This document shows positions 1 to 12,200 of a DNA stretch of 64,000 bases, in pieces. The position numbers were made by a program, and so were the translations under genes. The notes below the pieces were generated by a model that saw only the letters and a program-made list of their open reading frames with translations, had not been told where the DNA came from and searched no databases. Source of the DNA: Cenococcum geophilum (taxonomy: Eukaryota); the NCBI GenBank assembly GCA_050273025.1, contig CP158635.1, positions 18,352,001-18,416,000 on the forward strand. The letters are read 5' to 3'. Position 1 is the first letter of the stretch; each line of letters opens with the position of its first letter.

Positions 1-1140
1 CCTAGCGGCTCTAGTTCTATAGACGTTAGTAGTAATAGTAAATAAATAAGCTATAATAAGGCGTAATAGGTATCTAGAGACTAAATTAACGGTAATACAC
101 TACTAGTAATTAGAAACAGTAAATAGATAAGCTATAATAAGGCGTAATAGATATATGGAGACTAAATTGACGGTAATATACTACTAAGAATTAGTAACAG
201 CGAATAGATAAGCTATAATAAGGTGTAATAAGTATATAGAGACTAAATCAGTAATAATACGCTACTAGTAATTAGCGACAGCGAATAAATAAGCTATAGC
301 TCTGCATAATAGGTATATAATAAGTCCTTTAATAGTGCGGTTGCTATAAATTCTACTTATATATATTAATAAATTTCTTCTAAAACTCTTATATCGTTAT
401 ATACCCTAGTTTTAGGTTTTTAACGCGGTATAATAATAGTTTAATAGTATCCCTTATTAAGCAGAACTAGTAGTTTAAGCTTAGCTAATAATCGGCACCG
501 TAATTATTACACTAATACTATTTCTACTCCCGTTCTATTCTACCCATTATAAACTAGCCTAGTAATAGCTCTACCTACTCTCTAAATACGGGATAGTATA
601 ACTAAGTAGGACTTAGGAGTCCTAATAAGGGCCAAAAGCTAACGTATATACTACTAAATTATTTAGATATTATATTAAAATGCGTCGTCCCGTAAAATAG
701 ACTATTGGGCCTATATATAAAGAGTTTATATTAACTGCTTTAACTCCTAACTTTAGTAGTATATCTAATATCTTTAACTTAAATTCCTTATTTGCGTTAG
801 CCGCTAGAGTTACTATACTAAAGTAAACTATGTTAAATATACTATTTTCGTAAGCTTATACGCTTTATTACTTTCTATAGTATCTGTTAAGGTAATAATA
901 GGTATAGTTTTGGTTAGCGTAGTCTTCTAAATCTTCTATATTGTCTCCTTTAGGCTAAATTATACGAGGTTTATATACGACTTATTAATTACAAATACTA
1001 TATATATCCTATTCCGGTAATCCTTTATTAGAGTTTTATACTTACTTATTTTTTATATTACTATATCTAATTTTACAAGCTTACTATAAGTAAAATTGTC
1101 TAAGTAGTAGGGCAGTTTAGAGGGGTAGGCTTATTAGCCT
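1..1140 (-). pseudogene. RIPed unidentified gene remnant (possible Starship cargo) including the 81-bp repeat
   Basis: Not retroelement-like; minus strand reads as codon-like sequence after mentally reversing RIP; repeat period is a multiple of 3. No family recognised, boundaries approximate. Confidence 0.3.
40..300. repeat. 81-bp tandem repeat, ~3.3 copies (27-codon period)
   Basis: GCTATA(ATAAGG) recurs at 50, 131, 212 and 293. Confidence 0.92.
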
Positions 1141-3281
1141 ATTTATATTTTACGCACTAGGTATACTAATTCACCAACACGCACGGATATTAAAATGCTT
1201 GGCATTTTAAATAAGCCTTAAACATTTAACACCCTAATGCTTAGGCTTTACCATTTTTATTAGCGAGGATTTAGTAGTAATGTTTTTAATGCCTTAAATA
1301 TACCGCTAAAGGTAAGCAACTATATAACCTATGTTTCTCTACCTATAATAGGCTACTAACCCTTATTTTTTATAGGCATACTTATAACGTCCCTTCTTAT
1401 CCTTTATAATATTTAGCGGCCTAATATAAACCCTATATATGCTCTAATAGAAACTACTACGCTATATAACCCCCCGTAACGGGACTAGCCTAATTATAGT
1501 AGAAATGTAACGGAACCTTATAGTAAGTACTATAATAGGCTCGTTAATGGGCTAGGTGTGTAGGTAATGCAAATTAAAGTTAATAACGTAATAATAACTG
1601 GTAAAGTGGTTGCCTAATAGATTAACTCTAATTATATTCTAAGAATTATTATAAGGAAGGAATTATCTAGGTAGGGACTAAGGGTCCTTAAATACACAAC
1701 CGTACTCCTATAAAATCCTCCTTATATATAATATACGTACGCTTTATCTACTCTGTTACGGATTATATAGATCCTATAGATTATATAAATTACATTATAT
1801 AACCTTAGTTATTATTCCTTATTATATAGTTCTACTAGATCTATTCTAGACTATACTCTTATTAACTAACTAGCTTCTTCTAACTCTTCTCTAAGTAGTT
1901 ATAACATTATACTTAAAGCGTCTATAACACTATCTCCCTCCTCTTTATCTTTATTCTTAAAGATTCCTAGTATCTCTAAGTCGTTTACTAGAGGTATAAT
2001 ATCCGCCTAATTAATTTGGTTAATATCGTTACTTATTATACCTAAAGTAATTTCTTCTTCCTTAACTGCTTGTCGTGTCCGCACTATTGCCGTAATATTA
2101 TCTCTTAGTAAGATTATATTATCTCCGTATTCTTATTATACGAAAGAGGGATTAGTTTACGTTATACTAGCAAGTCCTTTATCTTAGCAACCATCCTCTT
2201 ATTTAGAGTGCACTAGAGTAAATATTTATTTATCCTATAATATTTGCTCTATTTCTAATACTAAATATACGCAACTTATTACTCTTAATAGTCGTCTAGT
2301 TCCCTAGTTAATTTATCTTAGGGTTTTATATTTAATCTGCTACTATACGGCTAGATAATAAACTATCTATTACTTTAGTAGAGTTATATTGCTTCTAGGA
2401 CGTAGAATAGGAGGCTACTAATGCTTAGCAATGGGCCCTTAAGTCTCGTCTTGCGGTATCTACTTAGTTAATCCGTCTTAAGAAGGTTTATAAAAAGGTT
2501 TATTTTAAGGAGTAGAAGCTTATAAAATAAGGTCTATAAGAACTTAGTAATAAGAGAACTAACTCTCTTCCTATAGTAAAGGGAATAACTCTAAGTAGTT
2601 TAGTAGTCGCTCTTTCTAGGTCCCCCTTAGGTGACTTATTTTTTGGTAATTCTTCTTTATTAATATTACCTAACCTATTTTCTTCTAATACTCTTATACC
2701 TTTCTTATAGCGTTCCTTAAATTTTCTAGTAGTTTCTAGGTAGTCTTATTATAGCCTATCTACTTAACCTTATACTATATTTTATCGTTAATATCCTTAT
2801 AACTAACGATCTTTAAAACTTACTATTTGTCTTCTTTCTCTCCTCTATATATATCTGCCTTATAGATTAATAGCTTAATATTCCCGTATACTGGTTCTAG
2901 CATTACAATATATTATATAGGGTAGATCTTTATTTTAGCTAGTAGGTTCAACTTAAATATAACCGGTGAAATTCTCTATATAATTTTAAAAGGTCTTAGT
3001 CTAACATAGTCTAACATCTTACTTAGTCGTCAACTTTTAAAATTTTTGTATAGTAGCTATACTTTATCTCCCTCCTTAAGATCTAGTCCCTTAGATCTCT
3101 TAGCGTTATAGTATTTCTTTATTTGTTATTATACTATCTTAGCTGTTTCTATAAGGTTTTTATAAAGATTTATTAAAGTCTCCATTCTCTACCTAGCTAT
3201 ACTACTTATCTTTTTTGCTTAACGTGGCGATAGCGATGTCCTTGGCTCGTATCTATAATTCGCCTTAAATAATAACGTGCC

Positions 3282-6200
3282 TGTTGGTTATATAAGGGGA
3301 TATTACGTAGCTACGGTTCGTAAATAGTATAATAATTGTTCTATGTTCTTCTTAAAGAAAGGGGTGAGGAACTTAAGGTTCCTTACTACGCTAGTACCGC
3401 GGCGGCACGTAATGGCAACTTGCCGCACGTAACGGCAACTTGCTATATATGACGGCAATATACCTTATATAGTAACCATTTACCTTTATTCCTAACACTA
3501 GCAACTTTTCTTTTATAGTTGCCATCTATATATATATACCGCTTAACTAGCGGAATAAAAATTAATCCTCCTTACTTACTATTGCCATTATAATATAAGT
3601 CTCGCTGTCCCAAAATTTGCCTCTTAGTATATGGTACTTTCTTACTTATAAGTTATGGGTAGGTATCTTATTAGTAGGGCCGCTAAGGCGCTAGCGGTAA
3701 GCGAGCCAATAGCAATTTTCTATCCTAGGGATAGAAAATCCTAATTGGCTGGTTTAAGTTAGGGTCTGCAAAATCTAACTAATTAGACAACTTTGATTGC
3801 CGGTTAAAGTTCCTAGATATCTTAAGACCTTATATAACTAAGAAATTTTTAGGGACTCCCTTTTAACCTAACCTTTAACTTATATATATAGAGTATTCGT
3901 ATTAATAAACGTCTCTAGTGCCTTATTTGGGTTCGCCTTCGTCATTACATCTACCAGGTTATCTTAGCTATTAATTTATTAAATCTTAAAGAGTTTTTAA
4001 CGCTCGTAGGATTGCCGAAGTGCTATAATATTAATTATAAGGCGCTTCTCCTTTATAATACCGAGCTTAACTAAACACTTATAGAGGGAAAATAAATCGG
4101 TACACACGATTGTAGGGATAATAGGAAATTTAAGTCGATCTATAATTATCTTTAGGGTAGTTCCAATTGCAATTACTATATTAACTCCGCCAACTATTCT
4201 ATATATCTCTAACGCTAAAACACTTTAGGTAACGCGCTTGCTCTTAGTTAAGCTCTAATAAATAAGATTGCTATAGATTATAAAGTTATTCTCTCTAGTA
4301 AATTCGTTCGCAATAATAATCTTATATCCTAACTAGGAGCTAAAATCTTTATTATTTATAAACAATCTATTAACAAATATAAAGAGCTTGGTAGTAAGAA
4401 GATTAATAGGCACGTAGAGTAGTCCCCAATTGAGATGGTTTATTTGCTAGAAAAGACGCTTATTTAGGGTAAGGATATTATTCTTAATTAGTTTCTAGTA
4501 TTAAGCCGTAATAGAGAGATTAAATAAAGCCTTAGGTTAATAGATAGAAGTAATATAAGCTTCGTAAGCACGTTACTCCACATATCCTTACTTTGGAGAA
4601 TTAACGTTAATAACGTCGATCTTCTTACCTTAACCCTTCTAGCGCAAAGCAATGGAATCCTTATTTAGGGAGAGGATGCATCTATTAAAGAGTAATAGTG
4701 TTGTTAAGTTAAGCTTTTTCTTTAGCTTTGCTATAAGATTTGCCTTTACTAGCTTATCCTCTTTAAGAGCTAAGAATTGGTCGTCTCCTAAGATAATTAT
4801 ATTATTAGTTTATATACCGACGATTCTAAATAGGGTTCCCGTAGTTGTAATAAGGAAGTAGGGATTAAATATAGAAGTAGTTATTAAAAGCTTCTCTTTA
4901 TGGTGCTTGCTATAGGTAGCCTACTAGTAAGTTCCTACCTCTGTAATTCTATATAATGGCTTAAGCACAACTATAATCGTGTCTTTAGGATACTGGTGGC
5001 GAATTTACTCCAGAAGGTATGCCAATATTAAGCGCTAAAGGTGCGTCTCTAATTGGGTGTAGGCTTAAGTAATATCTTATAAATAAACTGCTATTTTATT
5101 CTTTATTAAGGAGGGAGCTAATATAATAATAACTTGCTAACTAGCTCGTTAAATTATAGGAGATTGTATAAGAATTATCTCTTTACTATTATTGTTATAA
5201 CCTTAGATAATAAGCCTTAATTTCTTAAATAGGGCGTTAGTAGCTTTGCCCTTAATCTTATTAACTATTTTTAACTTAAAAATACAAACTCCATTAAACT
5301 TAGTAGGGTTATATTTCTTAAATTTAAAGACTCCTCTTGCGATAAGACCGTCGATCTCCTGCTTGTTGGATGCTTGGAAAGGAGCTCCTAGGGTTATAAT
5401 ATAACCTTTCTTTTAGAGCTGTTTTACGAGCTTAAAGTTAGCCTTCTCTTTAGCTGTTATAAAGGCCATTAATAACTTAACTTTATTCTTAATAGCGGCA
5501 ACAAATTGTTCTTTAAAATTAATAAGGTGTTAGCAATTTTATAATCCCTTTGGGCGACCTTTACCGCGTTATAGTTGTGGTATATCTACTATAATTATAT
5601 CGGGATTGTAGTTACCTTTTAGAGTATATTAATTGTGGTTCTCTTCTAGGGCATCTTCTAGGGCATCCTATAAAGGCTTAAAATTGTTATCTTTATAATA
5701 AGGCTTAATAACAGTTAAATAAAATTAGGTAGGTCCGTAAGGCATCTAAATAGTATAAGTTTAACTATTAATTATAATAAGTTAATATAGGCCTAACCAT
5801 CCTCCCCTTTTACGCTATACGCGTACTTTAGACTAAAGTGGCAGATCGAGCGTAGTTAAGGTATTTAGGCCATTTCTTATTCCTAGTACGTTATTAACCT
5901 AACGTATAGTATAGAGGCGTTGCACCTCCTTTATTGCCTTATAAATTGCTTTAGCTTATTATATAACGGAGGGAGATAGTAAAGAATTATTAGTTATTCG
6001 TAGGTAGGCGCTAAAGACTAGTAATATAGGTATAAGTCTATCCGGGCTAGCGGAATTATTAATAGCTTTAACAGCTATTTATAAGGTAAGTTTTTCGCTA
6101 GTATCCTTTAGTTTTAAAGAGATAATCTTATATACGTGGCGTAATGGCGCGTAATATTGCTTTACTTTTCTAATACTATTATATGCCTTAATAGGGACTT

Positions 6201-9200
6201 CCTTAACCTTAATTGCTATTGCCTTTATTTATTATTAGAACTTTATAGATAAGAAGTTCTTTCCTATATTATGGACAATTTAATTAGGGGGTCCTAGGTA
6301 GACATTAATTTAGTATAACTAAAGGGTATTCTATATATTCCTAGCTAATATATCCTTTAAGAATTGTGCAGCTTAAAAGGAAGTTAAGAAGTTAATAACT
6401 TAGAGTACTGGCTTACCGCTAAGATATATAATATTAACAATAATATAGAAGTTAAAGTTATAGTTATCTTTAAGGGTAAACTTAAATCGGCCAGGGGACC
6501 TCTAGTTTATTTGGTAGTAGTAGTAGTATTTTATAAGATGCTTAATTGCCTTAACCTTAACTTTATAGCCTACTTGCTAAAGAACCCTAAGTAATTAGTA
6601 AACTAATAGGTAACTAAAACGACGGTATAGTTGGCGTAACTCTAACTTAGTTAAATAGCTTTAAGCAATACTCTTTTCTAGTTATTAAAGGAGCAGCTAA
6701 GGGTAACCTTACTTACGTATAATAGGCACCCAATTATCTCCCTACACGAGTATATTCTTAAGGTTATTAAGCTTAACGCCTAGTTTGTTTATATCTTTAA
6801 TACAAAATAGAAATAGGGTGTTTATAGAAATAACGTGAAAAGTAATGTACCCTAAGGGGGTTTAAACCCTAATTGTGCTGAGAGAGATTGTAGTACCTTT
6901 ACCAAAACGAATCGTATATTGGCCTGCCGTTAAATAGTTAATCTAAACAGAGCTATTAAGCTACTAAAGGGCTTAAACTTAAGGTTCTCCTACTATAGAT
7001 ACTCCTGCGGCTTTAGTATCCGGTATAATACTATAGAAGATATTTGCCGAGTATCTGTTGTTAAAGGAAAACACAAAGCTCTCCTTTGGCTTATTAAAGA
7101 TATTTAACTTTATAATAAAATGGAGCGTAAATTAGTTATTAAGAATAATAACAGTTTGTATACCATTTACCTTACCATACTTAATAAAGTATTGGTTAGG
7201 TAAGTAGTCCTTAATTTCTATATCTATAAGGAGCTGTTCGGTCTTATTAACCTTACCCTTAAGGTCTTTTACGCCTTTATATTAAACTAGGAAGCTTTAA
7301 AAGTAGGCCGTAGTAACCTTATAATTTCTAATATTTCTTATACTCTAACGGAACTTGTTATATGCCTCTTTTCGCTTATTAAGGGAGTGTCTAGTTAACT
7401 AGTAATTTGGCTTCTTATAAACGTAGTACTTCTTTTAGCAATTACTTTAAAATAAACCTCTACCGGGACCTCCATAGTTGCCTTATAGTTAACGTTAATT
7501 ATACCCTCTTTTATATTCCCTACTATAGCTACTATATATTTAATTAGTCTAGTTATAATTATGTTGGTTAGGAATACTTAGTTGGGTAGGGTTTTTGGTA
7601 TAGAACTATTAAAATTCTTATATTCGCATTATAGTACCTATAGTAAAGCGTAGCTTAGTATATACTCCTTTAAATATATCTATAGGTTTATATAGCGCTA
7701 AGTTGCACTTAGGAACGCTATAGCATACTAAGATAACCTGGTCCCTTAGGCTGTTCTTATTTTAGTAAGTTTTAGTAAAGCCACGTTAGATTTTCTAAAG
7801 TTTATTAAAGAGTAGTTAAAGGCACTCTAAATAAGTCTTTATTAGGTTAAAAGCGATAACTCTTTAGAATATAGTCTCCTGCTATTTAGATATATAAAGC
7901 TAATAATTCTTATTAGTCTTAAAGTAGGCTCTAGTAAGCTAAAGCATTATATTAAAGCTATAGTTTTTACCTATAATATGGTCGTAATAGAATATTACTA
8001 CCTATCCCTTTAACATAATAGAGAAAGCGTAGTGGTACTAGTAGCGTTAAATTTTAACCTTATTACAACAGTTATAGAAGACCTATAGTTTTACTCTAAG
8101 CATATTATATAGTTTTTCTCTAAACTTCTTCTCTTTGTCTAAATATACCTTTATTAGATTTGTGACTTCTTATAGTAAAGGCTTACCGGTTAGCTAAAGT
8201 GGAGGAGGTAGAGGTAGAGCAACTCTAAGTAGGAGAGCACCTCTAGGTAGGGGAGTAGCTTTAGGTGGGGGGTTAGCGTTCTAGGGGTTTTAATATAAAT
8301 TAAAGTTGCCTTCTAAAGAATATAGGTTGTTTTTAGGTTTCTATAGTTAACATATAATCTTAGCTTCTGTCTATATTAGTTTATCTATACTAGTAATAAC
8401 GGCCTAAATATTACTAGTAATTAGGTTACCGTTCTTAGTAATATATACCCCATTCCTATAGAGAAAGTCTTAAAAATCCTAAATAATATTAACGTTGCTA
8501 AGTGCCTAGGTATTAGTAGTCTATCCTATAAAATCCTCCCCAAAATACTCCTATAGTTGTGAGTCGGCGTAGCATCTATTTTAGTAGAATATAATATAGT
8601 GTAAAAGAAAGCCGTTAACTTGTTTTACGGTATAAGTTATTATATTAAAGGCGAATTCGTCCCAGTCTTTATTAATAAATTTCGTGTGCTTAGCTACCCT
8701 TGGTGGTAAGGAGTCTTTCCAGTTATTTAAAGTAGGCGTAGCCATGTTTTTGGAGGAAGGGAAGTGTTATTAGTATAGGGATTGTCGTTTGGTACGCGTT
8801 CGTGACGTATATTTATAATTATAGGGCTTAGGACTAGTTTTAGCCTTAAATCGTAAAGACTTATAAAGCGTGTTGTTCTGCGTAATAGACGCAAGAATCT
8901 GTAATTTTAGAAAGGCTTAGGACTAGTTCTAGCCTTTAAATCCTTAGATTTATAGAAGAGTTTTATTTAAGGTTTAGGACCAGTTCTAACCTTAAAAGAT
9001 AGCTTCCTCTAGCACAAGTAGCACTAGTACAGTGGCTTATCTCTTCTTAGTAGAATACCTTACTGTTCTATAGTATAACAGTAAAGTTAACTACTAATTA
9101 GTGTTGGTTATATAAGGGGATATTACATAGCTATGGTTCGTAGATAGTATAATAATTATTCTATGTTCTTCTTAAAGAAAGGGGTAAGGAACTTAAGGTT

Positions 9201-9297
9201 CCTCACCACGCTAGTGCCGCGGCGGTACGTGATGGCAACTTGCTGCACGTAACGGCAATATGCCTTATATGGTGACTATTTGCCTTTATTCCTAACA
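3282..9297 (-). mobile_element. Ty1/Copia LTR retrotransposon C1 (RIPed), inserted in the A1 integrase
   Basis: TG...CA LTRs 3282-3497 and 9102-9297; TSD GTGCC at 3277-3281 and 9298-9302; integrase-before-RT order; RIPed GxQTDD motif at ~4800-4820 on the minus strand. Confidence 0.96.
3706..3811. other. Shared palindromic module, copy in Copia C1 (hairpin 1 3706-3748, hairpin 2 3789-3811)
   Basis: CCAATAGCAATTTTCTATCCTAGGGATAGAAAATCCTAATTGG and AACTTTGATTGCCGGTTAAAGTT. Confidence 0.85.
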
Positions 9298-12200
9298 GTG
9301 CCCATTCCTTCTTATAGTATTATATTGTATATAAACTATATAACTAGTAATAATAATACCCAATTATTCTATGCGTAATTAATATAATATCTTAGATACT
9401 ATTCTAGTATCTAGTTTAATCTTTCTATTTAACCGTCTGTCTATAGATAATATATAGTAGAAGTTGCTGCTTAAACTCCTTATTCCGCTAAGAATACCTC
9501 CTAAAATGCTGCTATAAATCTTAGATCTCTATCTAATATAATTTTACTTAGTACTCTATGCCTTATAAATACTTCCTTAATATAGATTCTAGCGACATCC
9601 TCTACTAAGATTTCTTTTATGTACGCTATAAAGTATCCCTACTTTATAAGCTTGTCCACTATTACTAAGATTACGTTATAATCTTGTCCCGTAATAGGAT
9701 CTCTTAATTTTAGCAACTTAATAATAAAGTCCTATAATATAATCTCCTATAGCCTCTTTAGTATTTTAATAGATTATAACCCTCTATATAGCTTATGCCT
9801 AGTTAGTTTATTCCATTAACAATCTAAATACTCCTTTATAACCTTTCTAGCTATCCTCTAAATTCTATTAATAATGTATTCCTCTTAGAGTCTTAATACT
9901 AAGCCTATAGCTCCGTTGTATCCTTATATTAGTCCCTTATAGAAATCTTCTATAAAGTGCTCCGCTATACTTCTTAGGATATACTTAGCTTTTTGGTTTT
10001 CGTATATATCCGTCTATAGCTCTTCTAGCTATACTTCTAGAATTCTTTATACCTAAAAACTTTCTAGTATCTTATAGACTTTCTTTAACTTATCTTCTTA
10101 AGTTGCTATAATTTTTAGATAATTGTACCTAATTAATCCGTCTATATCTTTTTATAGTAAAGCTCCTAATAGCTTCTTATCGTTTTATAGTTCGGCTTTT
10201 TAACTTAATACATTAGCTCGTATGTTGTCTATACCTTTAGTATACTAAATCTTAAAATAGTATTCTGTAAGTATTTCCGCCTATCTAACCTGTCTTTAGT
10301 TAAGTTCCTTTATTATTAGGAATCCTATTAGGTTCTTATAATCCGTTTTAACTATAAATAGTTTCTCTATACCCTATAAGAATGCTTTTTATTTCTTTAG
10401 TACTATAACTATACCTAACAACTCCTTGTTGTAAATATTATAGTTTAACTCTAGTAGTATTATCTTCCGACTATAGTATGCCACTAGGTGCTATCTATCT
10501 TAATGCTTTTATATAAAGTATACCCCTAGTATAAAGTCTAATATATTTGTTTCTATAACCGTCTCTAGTCCTAGTTAATAGATTTTAAGAACTAGCTCCT
10601 AGGTAAACAACCGCTTAACCTTTTTAAACAGCCTTTATTACTCCTCTCCCTATACCTATAATTCTTCTTTCTTCGTTAATCGCGTAAATAGTTTAATATC
10701 TTTTAACTATTACGCTATAAACCTTCTATAGTAATTATAAAACCCTAGGAATAATTTTAACTACGTAACGTTCTCTAGTTCTTACTAATTCACTATAACC
10801 TTAATCTTCTTTAGATCTATACTAAGTTAGCCTAGTTTAATAATAAATCCTACAAAATTAGTCTTCCTAGTAAAGAACTCGCATTTCTTAATTGCTACTA
10901 GCATCTATTCTTTTTATAGTCTCTTTAAGACCTATTTAATATATCCTCCATACTCTTTTTCTATCATTAAGTAGATAATAATGTTGTTAAGATATACCAT
11001 AACAAATTTATCTAAGTATTCCTCTAATATATTGTTGATTTGCTTCTAGAACGTTATTAATATATTTATAAGCCTAAATTGCATAACTAATGGTTTATAT
11101 AGTCCTTCCTTTGACCTAAAGGCTACCTTTTATTTATTACCTTCCTTAATTCTAATCTGGTAGTACGCCTATCTTAAATCTATCTTTATAAAGATTTGCG
11201 CATTACCTATCCTATCTTAGATCTTACTAATTAAGGGTAAAGGATACATATCCTTTTTAGTAATACTATTTAACTATCTATAGTCAATACATAATCTTAG
11301 TTTACCGTTCTTTTTTAGTACGAACAGTACTAGATAACCCGCTAATAACTATAATAGTTTAATATATCCCTTTTATAAGTTTTCTTAGACAAACTCTTTT
11401 AATGCTTTACCCTCTTCTTTAGTAAGCTTATAGATTAGAAAGAACCTTAGACTTATTCCTAGTTCCAATTCTATTTTATAGTCCTATACTATATACTTTA
11501 ACAGCTTTTCACTTTCTAGTAACTATAGTTTTTTGCCATACTTATGGTATCTCTTTAGTATATAGCTTAATCCTTTCTCTATTTCTTTATAGGTCGCTTC
11601 TACTTAGTACTATACTAACTTAGCTTATTATTACATTTTGCGGCGTTAAGTATCTCTAATATTAACCTAGCCTATAACCTAATTAATCTTTAAATTATAT
11701 TCCTATAACCAAGGCATTCCTAATACTGCCTTATTATTTCCTAGTGGTAATATATTAAAAGATATCTCAATTTATCTCCCTTTAATAGTTAGCTAAATTA
11801 GTCCTATTTTAAGATTAATAATGCCTCCTCCGTAGGCTATTAGATCTCCTAAAATTGTTACTAATAGGTAAAGATACTCCTTCTATCTATATGGTAACTC
11901 TATTCTTTTAACCACTACTAGTAAGATATAGTTCCTTATTACTCTACTATCTATTAGTGCCTTAAACTGTTAATCTTACCACTTTACTTATAAATTTAGG
12001 TGTTATTCTTAAATTCCTTTAAGGGTTTAAGGCTCTACCACTAGTTCCCTTTAGTTTTATAGGCCTCCACTTTTCCTAACTATTAGCTGCTTAATTCTGT
12101 TTATACTTAGTTTAACTTAGGCCAATATTTAGTTCGCTTTTTATCTTTAATATACTATAGATAGGTATTCTCTAGGTATTCCCACTATTGTTATTTATCT

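Noticed and set aside
40..300. CRISPR-like array
   Set aside because: Whole 81-bp unit repeats with no unique spacers; eukaryotic context.
1190..1211. Small hairpin TTAAAATGC-TTG-GCATTTTAA
   Set aside because: Short and AT-rich; expected by chance in RIPed DNA, no second copy seen.
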